A DNA stretch of 32,000 nucleotides from Coleofasciculaceae cyanobacterium CTOTU46674 (GTDB lineage Bacteria > Cyanobacteriota > Cyanobacteriia > Cyanobacteriales > Coleofasciculaceae), in assembly GCA_031976315.1 (NCBI GenBank), contig DALYLM010000033.1:12137-44136 (forward strand), written 5' to 3'. The notes below the pieces were generated by a model. It did no database searches. It saw only the letters and a program-made list of their open reading frames with translations, and was not told the DNA's origin. Position 1 is the stretch's first letter. Every line of letters starts with the position of its first letter. Below, in pieces: positions 10,864-18,576 of the stretch. Made by a program: the position numbers and the translations under genes.

Positions 10864-11727
10864 TTAGAGATGAAAAATTGAATCGACATCAATCAGAATA
10901 GGTTTAATTTCTCCTTGGGATAAAGGTTCCCCTTGCCAATCTCGTTTTGAATCCATATACTGCATCTTCCGCTTGGGAGAAGAAATGCAAGCCATCGCTA
11001 GGGCAACGCTCATCATTTTCGTTCCTCCAGTAATATCGGCAACTATCACTTCATCTTTATAGCCGGAATTCTCAAAAATTTCCTGGACTATTTGGCAAAG
11101 TTTAAGATAGTTCCAGCTTTCAACTGTGTAATCTTGACCTCGATTAATTGTCAGTTGGCAATTATACTTAAACAGTGTATATCTGGCTAAGATTTCAGCC
11201 GCGATTTCGGAACCTCTCTCGCCTCGGCTATCTGGGGTAGCCAAAAACCAAAGTTCATGTAAGATCCCGGAGTCAGCATGGAACTTGATTGCTTCAATTT
11301 GCGGACGTAAGTTAGAATTGAAAATATCGATATTGGTAAAATCTTCTTCGGTTAATTGGGTGATTAATGTTTGGCGAATTTTTTTGACCAAAGGTTCCAA
11401 AACTTGAGGATCTCTGAGATGTGGTTGGCTGGGAGAATAGGTACTTAAAAGTAAAATTAATCCCTTGGCTGGTGCAGGCGGTTGTGGTTTAAGAAAAAGA
11501 AAGGATTGTTCCTTTAAATATTTAATTCTCTCTTGAGATTTTTGGAGATCCAACCACCACCAAATTATAAAAATAATTATAGTTCCCACTAATCCAACTG
11601 GATTGAATTCAGTGAGTTGAGTCATGATGATAGTTACTACCACAAAGCCCAAAAACTGCCAAGGGGAATTCGGCGCTAAAAGTTCTTGGATGGAAAATTC
11701 TGGTTTGGTTTTGGACTTCAATATCAT
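10864..11727 (-). CDS. Membrane-anchored CARF protein (two TM helices plus CARF, Cam1-like architecture)
   Basis: There are two hydrophobic helices at the N-terminus: 'WQFLGFVVVTIIMTQL' and 'VGLVGTIIIFIIWWWL'. The CARF-type strand 1 is 'GLILLLSTYSPSQ' and the pocket motif is 'VADITGGTKMMSVALAMA'. It is the first gene of the cmr operon, ending 37 bp upstream of cas10. Confidence 0.75.
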   Translation of the reverse strand: MILKSKTKPEFSIQELLAPNSPWQFLGFVVVTIIMTQLTEFNPVGLVGTIIIFIIWWWLDLQKSQERIKYLKEQSFLFLKPQPPAPAKGLILLLSTYSPSQPHLRDPQVLEPLVKKIRQTLITQLTEEDFTNIDIFNSNLRPQIEAIKFHADSGILHELWFLATPDSRGERGSEIAAEILARYTLFKYNCQLTINRGQDYTVESWNYLKLCQIVQEIFENSGYKDEVIVADITGGTKMMSVALAMACISSPKRKMQYMDSKRDWQGEPLSQGEIKPILIDVDSIFHL

Positions 11728-12187
11728 TGCTTACCTACCACTCATTGCTGATTTCTACAGTATACGGTTAATTGGAAAGGTCTTTTTCCTGAGTATTTAT
11801 GCTTAGTAGATGACTGGGGATGGGGAGTCCCCCACAAAACTTGAAAACCAGCACCAGCCACAGGATTATTAGCCCTCCTGTGTAAATCGTATCTTCATCA
11901 AAAAGCGATCGCATTTTGCGAGTTGGCAGAATTGCGATCGCACTTATGATACATTGCGATTGTAACCCCGATTAATCGCCAGTTTGTAACCATACTTAAA
12001 TCAAGATCTTTTGTCTATGTAGTATCTATGTAGGGGTGAATGACATGGGCGATAATTTATGTTGAAAACCCTGGATATACAGTCCATATCCTTCACCCTC
12101 TCCTGGAGATCTAAACACGCCCTAGGCGATAATTTATTTGTTGGAGATGTCTATTGGACAATTCCTTCCTCAATGGGATTGAAAATG

Positions 12188-12266
12188 GGAGCATCCCGTG
12201 AGGGAAGAAATGCAGGTTGTATTCTTGCTCCCCCCTTTCACAAGGGGGGCTGGGGAGGTAAAAACC
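12188..12266. repeat. Small palindrome-containing repeat (CCCCCC-N8-GGGGGG, 'GGWGG' element), left copy of an inverted pair
   Basis: Its reverse complement aligns with 13873-13962, sharing gtttttacc..ccccagcc..cttgtgaaa.gggggagcaagaatacaa..atttcttc..gggatgctccc. It overlaps the stop codon of the JAB-E1 CDS. Confidence 0.75.
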
Positions 12267-13648
12267 TAAGCTACCTCTGAATCCCGATATTCTGAATTAC
12301 AAAAATAACAATCAGGAGTTACCAAATAATCAGTATTAGTCTTGTGCCACTTGCACTCCGGAAATTCATAAATCCAATCCAAACCAGCATCCACATTCAA
12401 AAAGCCTCCCACCATACCCTGAATAATACCAACTCCCGTGCTAGCACAGATACTATTTAACCAAAATACCGCCGGATCGTTAATACCAGATAAATAACCC
12501 GCTTGTGCTGCCATATTTTCAATCTCAACCGCAGCAGATTCTAAAGCCGCCCTTTGTAGATTAATAATATTACCGCACATCAAACACCAACCACCTCCTA
12601 ATGGGGGAACAGTGACGCGACAATACATCCGAGGAGTACCATTCGGTTTTACCTCAATATGAGTACCCAAACAAATCAAAGGACGCATATATTTTAAAGA
12701 TAATTCTTGGGCAATTTGTCGGGAATAGTGATTATCTGTAGCCACAACAATTAAATCGGAAGCTGCAATTTCCGATTCCACTAATCCATTTTCAACAGAA
12801 GTAGGTATTGCTTTGACACAAGAACCCGTGCGATAAATTTGTTTAATTAATTGCTTGACATATTCAACCTTATGCCACCGCCAATCTACCATTTTCTCGG
12901 TTGCACCCACCATGCGATTTAGATTGCTTCTTTCCAACCTGTCTGGATCGACCAAAACCCATTTTTTTACCCCTAAACGCCCTAATTGTTCGGCAAAAAC
13001 TGACCCGATTCCTCCACAACCAATTAAGGTAACAGTCAATTGTCCTAATCTGGCTTGAAAAGTTTCGCCAAATACTTTTTGCCGATTAAACATTTCATCA
13101 TTTTTCCTCATAATTGAGGTAGATTCCGGTAATTCAAACCAAGAATCAGAAAAACGCACCCTTTCAAAACCCGTCCCTTTCTTATACCAAATTCGGAATT
13201 GAGATTTCTGCAATGACTCATCAAAAACACCAGAAATTAACCGAGGTTTTTGCTGAAAACGAGAAGAAAGAAATCGAGCATATTCAGATTCATAACGGTC
13301 ATCAACGCAAGAAAAACAAGGAGTACTTTCTCCAGCATGAGTGTGAATGTGAACCACATCCAAATCACCTGGCTGGAGATATTTTTCTAATAAATAGAGG
13401 TGAAATTCTTGTTTAATAACCAACCCGCTAGCTGATTGACGTTCGTAGCAATCTGAAGTGGGAACTATCCAAGATTGAGGTACATATCTGACTTTATCTT
13501 TTCCCAGTTGATGGCGCTTACAGAATAAAAACCCGATTACTTCGTCATTATTATTGGTACGATTCTGTAGCATGACATGGCGGAATTCTTGCCAGAGGGA
13601 AGGGGAAACATGGAGAGAGTTTTTGGGTAAATTGGCGGAGTTATTCAT
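12266..13648 (-). CDS. JAB/JAMM deubiquitinase-like domain fused to an E1-like (ThiF/MoeB-family) adenylating domain
   Basis: The N-terminal JAMM elements are 'DEVIGFLF' (Glu) and 'VHIHTHAGESTPCFSCVDD' (HxH...SxxD). The E1 Rossmann fold shows 'LIGCGGIGSVFAEQLGRLGV' and 'VLVDPDRLERSNLNRM'. Two CxxC pairs, 'CLMCG' and 'CYFCN', fit the E1/MoeB zinc site. Confidence 0.85.
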   Translation of the reverse strand: MNNSANLPKNSLHVSPSLWQEFRHVMLQNRTNNNDEVIGFLFCKRHQLGKDKVRYVPQSWIVPTSDCYERQSASGLVIKQEFHLYLLEKYLQPGDLDVVHIHTHAGESTPCFSCVDDRYESEYARFLSSRFQQKPRLISGVFDESLQKSQFRIWYKKGTGFERVRFSDSWFELPESTSIMRKNDEMFNRQKVFGETFQARLGQLTVTLIGCGGIGSVFAEQLGRLGVKKWVLVDPDRLERSNLNRMVGATEKMVDWRWHKVEYVKQLIKQIYRTGSCVKAIPTSVENGLVESEIAASDLIVVATDNHYSRQIAQELSLKYMRPLICLGTHIEVKPNGTPRMYCRVTVPPLGGGWCLMCGNIINLQRAALESAAVEIENMAAQAGYLSGINDPAVFWLNSICASTGVGIIQGMVGGFLNVDAGLDWIYEFPECKWHKTNTDYLVTPDCYFCNSEYRDSEVA

Positions 13649-13757
13649 AGTTTTAGTTGAGAAATGATTGAATGATTTGTTGAGGTTGATTATAGATAAT
13701 TCAGGATTTTTGACTGAATCTTTTTCTCGGGATCGGAATTGTCACTAATTTTGATAA

Positions 13758-13843
13758 CCGACAGAGAATAAATTCTCTGTCTAAAAGCTCAAGTCCATTA
13801 AAATGGAGTGAAATTCTGATGCTAGTCGGTTTTAACCGACTTT
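13758..13843. repeat. Divergent partial copy (hairpins 1-3) of the multi-hairpin element seen at 16885-17041 and 18211-18367
   Basis: gacagagaataaattctctgtc / agtccattaaaatggagt / agtcggttttaaccgact. Hairpins 1 and 3 carry compensatory changes relative to the other copies. Confidence 0.7.
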
Positions 13844-13872
13844 GGGAGGATCCCACTTTGGCCAAGATACTT

Positions 13873-13962
13873 GTTTTTACCAAAGTTTCCCCCCCCCAGC
13901 CCTGCTTGTGAAACGGGGGAGCAAGAATACAATATGTATTTCTTCTAAATTGGGATGCTCCC
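13873..13962. repeat. 'GGWGG' palindromic element, right copy and inverted partner of 12188-12266
   Basis: See 12188-12266. The ORF-track entries 13701..14003 and 13842..14069 are translations of this repeat. Confidence 0.75.
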
Positions 13963-14047
13963 CCGACTTTAGCTATAATACAGTGATTAAAACTACTGTC
14001 CAACTATCGTACTTCCGTACTTTTTTTTACTGGCGCACTATCCTACT

Positions 14048-14530
14048 TTATTCCTCATTAATTGCATGACGAGCTGTAATAAATAAAGTAGCCAAATTAT
14101 GTCCATTTCCCGGAGAATTACTAGGTCGCCAAGAATTGAGCCATCTCTCTCGATTAAAGCCACCACCTAGTCCAACACAATACCAATACCAGCCTTCCTC
14201 GCTTAAAAATGGTGCGCCATAATAGCTTTGTCGAGTAAAGTGATGATCTCCTTCTCCTACAGTATTCCAAGGATAATTGAGATAGCAGCCAATTGGTGGC
14301 AGTCGAGGATAATCTGGTGGTAACAAAAACAGGATATCCGAGTTGGTGACTGTGAATTTTTTCGATGATAAAGGCATTCTTTTTACCATTATGGCGGTGT
14401 ATTGAATACCGCTAATGGTTTTACCACCTACGATCGCATTTTTGGCGACTCTTTCCAGAATTTTCAGTTCAGCGGTTAGTCTGGCTGTCGGCTGAAATCC
14501 AGAAGTGCGGGAATTAATGGTAATCGTCAT
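14048..14530 (-). CDS. E2-like (UBC-fold, prokaryotic E2 family) protein
   Basis: 'LFLLPPDYPRLPPIGCY' resembles the UBC xPxxYPxxPP motif. Candidate catalytic cysteines are C82 and C118 ('WYWYCVG'). The start codon is 9 bp downstream of the Ubl stop. Gene context includes a Ubl and an E1. Confidence 0.6.
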   Translation of the reverse strand: MTITINSRTSGFQPTARLTAELKILERVAKNAIVGGKTISGIQYTAIMVKRMPLSSKKFTVTNSDILFLLPPDYPRLPPIGCYLNYPWNTVGEGDHHFTRQSYYGAPFLSEEGWYWYCVGLGGGFNRERWLNSWRPSNSPGNGHNLATLFITARHAINEE

Positions 14531-14539
14531 GATTCTCCT

Positions 14540-14737
14540 TTATCCTTTGACAATTTTGGGGACTGTCCAAACTTTTGAACCTTCTTTAAGGGCTTCGTTT
14601 TCCTTTAAAGGTTTGGTTCCGCTAAACCCTTCTTCCATTACGTCATCATTGCCAATTTCTGGTAATCTGGTTCTTAATTCTTCCACGGTTGTTCCATTGG
14701 GTAAATCGACTAATTTCCCGTTAATTACTGCTCTCAT
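14540..14737 (-). CDS. Ubiquitin-like beta-grasp protein (ThiS/MoaD/Ubl-like) ending in Gly
   Basis: A 65-aa protein, 'MRAVINGKLVDLPNGTTVEELRTRL...VWTVPKIVKG*'. The size, the alternating strand/helix pattern and the free C-terminal glycine fit a conjugatable Ubl. It lies directly upstream of the E2-like gene. Confidence 0.65.
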   Translation of the reverse strand: MRAVINGKLVDLPNGTTVEELRTRLPEIGNDDVMEEGFSGTKPLKENEALKEGSKVWTVPKIVKG

Positions 14738-14825
14738 TTGATTTTCCTCTATTTAGCTTTGCTTCTCAGTCATTGAGCTAGGATATATTTGAATTAGGTG
14801 TTGCCTATTTTCTCTTTTCATTTTC

Positions 14826-15203
14826 CTATTTAGGATCGAGGATGATTCCAGAAAGTTGTTGGGAATTTTCTTGACATGACTTAGCCAAGAAACTGATGTT
14901 TAACCCGAGAGAGAATAACCCCACAATTACGAAAAAAGATGCGATGATTGTGGTAGCAAGTAATTGATTGTACAGCCCTTCAATTTTTTCAAGAGAGCCT
15001 CTCACACTTTTGAGCTGATTTTGGTATTCTTTCCTCTCTTGTTGTTGGGTTGTGAGAAGTTGGCATTCTAAGCGTTTAATTTGTTGGCTGAGGTTAGTAA
15101 CTTGTGCGTTAACGCACTCCAACTCGTTTGATTCTTGAACAATTAATTTGCCATTAACCATTTCCATGGTGTTTTTGGTTCTAATTTGAGGTAGAGCAAG
15201 CAT
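14826..15203 (-). CDS. Coiled-coil protein with a C-terminal transmembrane helix (function unknown)
   Basis: The central segment is Q/E/L-rich with heptad character ('NLSQQIKRLECQLLTTQQQERKEYQNQLKSVRGSLEKIEGLYNQL'). It is followed by the hydrophobic 'IIASFFVIVGLFSLGLNISFL'. It lies 33 bp downstream of the NYN gene. Confidence 0.5.
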   Translation of the reverse strand: MLALPQIRTKNTMEMVNGKLIVQESNELECVNAQVTNLSQQIKRLECQLLTTQQQERKEYQNQLKSVRGSLEKIEGLYNQLLATTIIASFFVIVGLFSLGLNISFLAKSCQENSQQLSGIILDPK

Positions 15204-15235
15204 CGTCTAATTCCTTGTTGCTGACATAAAGTGAA

Positions 15236-15823
15236 TTAATCAAAGAGATTAGCGTTACCAATTCTGTGATAGTTTTGCTGGTTGTTTTGTTGTTGAAAAT
15301 TATCAAATACTCCGATTAAATCGATAACGCTGCTGGCAGAAACTTTTAAGTCATTACCCAAAGATTGTTCGACAGAAGCCACTTCTACTCGCATTCCCCG
15401 TCTTCTCAATTTTTCAGCTAAATAGGCGAAGTCAGAATCTCCGGTGACTAAAACAACAATATCGGGACGAACTTCTAAGGCTAATTCAATCGCATCCATT
15501 GCCATGACGATATCAATATTGGTTTCGTATTCCTCACCTTTGGCTTTTCCTTCTTTGACAACAACTAAAAAGCCATTACTTTTTGCCCAATAGATGAATT
15601 TTTCCTTGGTTTTTCGTTGTTCTTCAAATCTTTCTCGCGCTGGGGGTAGCCCAACGTAGATTACCATTTCAATTAATTCTCTCCCTTCTCTGGGGTCCGC
15701 GAGATACTCGCGAATTTTCTGCCAGTCGATTCTGCGGTTAAAGCTTTGTGCGGATAGGAAGGTATTGTCGCTATCGGCAAAAATTAGTACCCGACGAGTT
15801 TGACTCATGATGTTTTGTCGCAT
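15236..15823 (-). CDS. NYN-domain (LabA-like) putative ribonuclease
   Basis: 'RVLIFADSDN' and 'IVVLVTGDSDFAYLAEKLRRRGMRVEV' match the acidic NYN/LabA signature. The true start may be the internal Met at 'MSQTRRV'. Confidence 0.75.
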   Translation of the reverse strand: MRQNIMSQTRRVLIFADSDNTFLSAQSFNRRIDWQKIREYLADPREGRELIEMVIYVGLPPARERFEEQRKTKEKFIYWAKSNGFLVVVKEGKAKGEEYETNIDIVMAMDAIELALEVRPDIVVLVTGDSDFAYLAEKLRRRGMRVEVASVEQSLGNDLKVSASSVIDLIGVFDNFQQQNNQQNYHRIGNANLFD

Positions 15824-16095
15824 CCCTTTTCTATTTGCGTGTTGACAATCTAAAGGTACACTATGGTAGGAAAGGGGAATTTCCAGGAAATCTCAAGCCT
15901 TATGGTGTATGGGGTGTGGAGATTGGAGGATAAGTGCGATCGCAGTTTTGTCAATCTCGACTGATGCAGGAGTTACGCCTGCGGAGATGCTTCGTCTACA
16001 TCTCTGGTTAAAATTAAAAAACTGTACTACACCGAGTGATAAACTGCTGTATACCTCGGATGGTGCCTTATCCGAAAGGTAACGCAGCTTACTGG

Positions 16096-16437
16096 CTACT
16101 TTTGAGGACGAATTACTCTAATTAATTTGCCTCTTAAAGTATCCTCACTAACAATTGCTTCATCGATTCGTATTGCTTGTCTTTCTATGTTTAAGTCTTC
16201 TTTACAGATGATAATTCCGAAATGGTGAGGTTGTCGGCGATGTAGTTGTCGGAAATCATCCCAATTACGTGTCAAAACGGCACGTTCATCCTTGATGGCA
16301 AAGGCTAAAACTTCCTCATCGGGAATCCCTAATCCAGAGTTTCCTGCTTCTCTAGAAGTAAGAATATCATGACCTGCAATCCGCAGTATTTCTATAATGG
16401 GTAAAGGGAAGTTTTCATCAGCATAGAGACGCGCCAC
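16096..16437 (-). CDS. DUF5615-family PIN-like toxin
   Basis: 'MARLYADENFPLPIIEILRIAGHDILT...VLTRNWDDF' is typical of DUF5615 (Mut7-C-like). It is separated by 2 bp from the upstream DUF433 gene. Confidence 0.7.
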   Translation of the reverse strand: MARLYADENFPLPIIEILRIAGHDILTSREAGNSGLGIPDEEVLAFAIKDERAVLTRNWDDFRQLHRRQPHHFGIIICKEDLNIERQAIRIDEAIVSEDTLRGKLIRVIRPQK

Positions 16438-16439
16438 TT

Positions 16440-16766
16440 TTAGTCTTCCTCATTTCTATGGATTGCTGCTTCAATTTCCTCTGAGTGCGCATTTGCATAA
16501 GCCCAAGCATTGACTAAATCTCCTGCACTCAAATCAGGAAAATCCTGTAAGATTCTTGCATCATTAGCACCTAAGCGCTGATAATTAACTAAAGACCAAA
16601 CAGGGATGCGAGTTTTGGCGATTCTGGCATCACCGCCACAGATACCTGGAGTTTTTTCAATGCCTTGCCAAATATTACTTAAACTCTGTGCTAAAAGTTG
16701 TATGGCTTGTGCTTTTTCTGCCACAGTTAAGGCAAGGAGTTGAGGTTCTAATTCTTTTAGTGTCAT
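16440..16766 (-). CDS. DUF433-family antitoxin-like protein
   Basis: 'TPGICGGDARIAKTRIPVWSLV' is the DUF433 core. It is paired with DUF5615, as in known two-gene modules. Confidence 0.7.
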   Translation of the reverse strand: MTLKELEPQLLALTVAEKAQAIQLLAQSLSNIWQGIEKTPGICGGDARIAKTRIPVWSLVNYQRLGANDARILQDFPDLSAGDLVNAWAYANAHSEEIEAAIHRNEED

Positions 16767-16884
16767 TTTGTGATTTATGTTAAAGTCAATATTTTAACAC
16801 AAAATGGCAGTGACAACTACTGAACATAACTATGCCCTATAGCCAATTTAAAACCATTACTCAAACCTCAACATTGTCAGTAAG

Positions 16885-17041
16885 GAGCCAAACCAGCCGT
16901 AGAATTAATTCTACGGCTAATAGCTCAAGTCCATTAAAATGGACTAAAATTATCATACTAGTCAGTTTTAACTGACTTAAGCTATTAGGCAGTGGTTTAA
17001 ACCACTGCCGGGTTATTGCGAAAGATGAGCTATCCTCCTGA
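16885..17041. repeat. 157-bp multi-hairpin (four stem-loop) element, copy A
   Basis: ccgtagaattaattctacgg / agtccattaaaatggact / agtcagttttaactgact / ggcagtggtttaaaccactgcc. It is a near-identical direct repeat of 18211-18367. Its last 12 bp supply the final codons and stop of the Rpn-family CDS. Confidence 0.85.
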
Positions 17042-18163
17042 CAAATCAGACAGATAAATTTGCCGCAACTCCTCAATAGTTGTCACGTTTTTCACCCCAT
17101 TCTGAACTTCTTGCAACAATTCCACATTCTGAATTTGAGCAATTTCTGGTAACAGACTTAAGCCAACTGCACCAAATTTAACCTCTAAATCTAATTCAAT
17201 TCCGTCCAGCAATACCTGTTTGCGGAATTCCTCCAGAGTATTTGCTGTTCTCAACCGTCTTTGAATTTTTCTTAAGAGTTCCACATTCTGAATCTGAGAA
17301 AATTCAGGTAATAACCTTAAACCAACCGAAGTAAATTTCAGATCCAAACCTAGTTCAATACTGTCTAGAAGAATTTGCCTCATTTCTCCTTGGCTTTCCT
17401 CAATTCCCTTTCTAATACCAATTCTCTCTACACTAGTAATGTACGGCATCCTTTGCTCCTCCTGAAAGTTACGCAACTCTTGCCAAAATTCCTGTTCCAA
17501 CTCTTCTGGTAAACTCATTACCCAATCGATGAAACTGAAGAGATTGATAATATCTTCTCTTCCGTAACCTTTTTGATACAATCGTCTCGTTAGGATTAGT
17601 TTCCATTCCTTACGTTTATTCCGATCCGATTTGGTTTCTTGAGCTTTGAGATGAGCCATGACAACTGTGGCAAAAGGGTTGGGATTTAATTCCAAAGCTT
17701 GCCACTCCTGTTGATAGTCTAGCACTTTCACGACCGGAAAGTGAAATCCTACCCTACAACCAAATAACTGATAGCCAAATTGATTTGGTCTCCAGTTGTC
17801 TCTCTCATCTCCCAAAACCGCCAGAGAAGCGACGTTTCGCTTATAGCGATCGTAGATACGATAATTATAAACAAACATCCGTTGAGCGAAGTTTGATTCT
17901 TCTTGACTTTGGACTTCGATATGGATTAGTACCCAAGCTTCTTCGCCATTTTGACGATAAAGTTTGACTAGTTTATCGACTAAACGCTTCCCTAATTCCG
18001 CATCTCGCACAACTTGTTGTAATTCTTTGTCTAAAAACTCGAAGTTTTTTGTCCAATCGATTTCGGCGTTAGCTTGGGGAAAAAAGAAAGCCATGAATTC
18101 TGGAAAATAACGTTCGATTGCGTCTTTCCAGGGAGTATCGAATTCTGTCTGAGGGTTAGTCAT
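17030..18163 (-). CDS. Rpn-family (PD-(D/E)XK) recombination-promoting nuclease / putative transposase with two DUF4351-like C-terminal repeats
   Basis: The N-terminus 'TPWKDAIERYFPEFMAFFFP' is typical of the cyanobacterial family. There is an internal ~51-aa duplication: 'LLDSIELGLDLKFTSVGLRLLPEFSQIQNVELL' and 'LLDGIELDLEVKFGAVGLSLLPEIAQIQNVELL'. Confidence 0.6.
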   Translation of the reverse strand: MTNPQTEFDTPWKDAIERYFPEFMAFFFPQANAEIDWTKNFEFLDKELQQVVRDAELGKRLVDKLVKLYRQNGEEAWVLIHIEVQSQEESNFAQRMFVYNYRIYDRYKRNVASLAVLGDERDNWRPNQFGYQLFGCRVGFHFPVVKVLDYQQEWQALELNPNPFATVVMAHLKAQETKSDRNKRKEWKLILTRRLYQKGYGREDIINLFSFIDWVMSLPEELEQEFWQELRNFQEEQRMPYITSVERIGIRKGIEESQGEMRQILLDSIELGLDLKFTSVGLRLLPEFSQIQNVELLRKIQRRLRTANTLEEFRKQVLLDGIELDLEVKFGAVGLSLLPEIAQIQNVELLQEVQNGVKNVTTIEELRQIYLSDLSGG

Positions 18164-18210
18164 AGTCGCTCGTAAAATATTGGCATCATTTTTTAAATTT
18201 GTTCATCAAA

Positions 18211-18367
18211 GAGCAAAACACGCCGTAGAATTAATTCTACGGCTCACAGCTTAAGTCCATTGGGATGGACTGAAATTATCATACCAGTCAGTTTTAACTG
18301 ACTTAAGCTATTAGGCAGTGGTTTGAACCACTGCCGGGTTATTGCGAAAGAGGAGCTATCCTCCTGA
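18211..18367. repeat. 157-bp multi-hairpin element, copy B (direct repeat of copy A)
   Basis: It has the same four hairpins as copy A, with differences mostly in loops (attaaaat versus attgggat). Confidence 0.85.
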
Positions 18368-18576
18368 AGCGATCGCACTTTCTTCTAAACTTTTCTCAAA
18401 CCTCAACACTTTCAGATCCTCGACTACAAGCGAGAAGTCGGTGATCTTATATTTTGATTATTGCGTTTGTTTCGTTGCTCGTCTAGACTAGAACTATACA
18501 GAGGTATGAGAGGCTTTGCTTCAAAACCCAAACCCTGGACTAAGGCTGGCTTACCTGAATCGCGAAGAAAATTTCT

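Noticed and set aside
12059-12280. ORFs 12059..12280(+), 13701..14003(-) and 13842..14069(+) with 'APPFHKGGWGG'-type peptides
   Set aside because: They are translations of the 'GGWGG' palindromic repeat and the multi-hairpin element, not genes.
15824-16095. TTGACA...TATGGT on the plus strand at about 15842-15867, considered as a promoter
   Set aside because: The spacing is only about 14 nt, and it points away from the NYN/Ubl cassette toward no ORF. I could not identify a convincing minus-strand promoter for the cassette by eye.
16861-17076. 71-aa ORF 16861..17076(-), and ORFs 18424..18642(-) and 18461..18766(+)
   Set aside because: The first lies within multi-hairpin copy A. The others overlap the start of the HTH antitoxin gene and its upstream region, with no supporting motifs.
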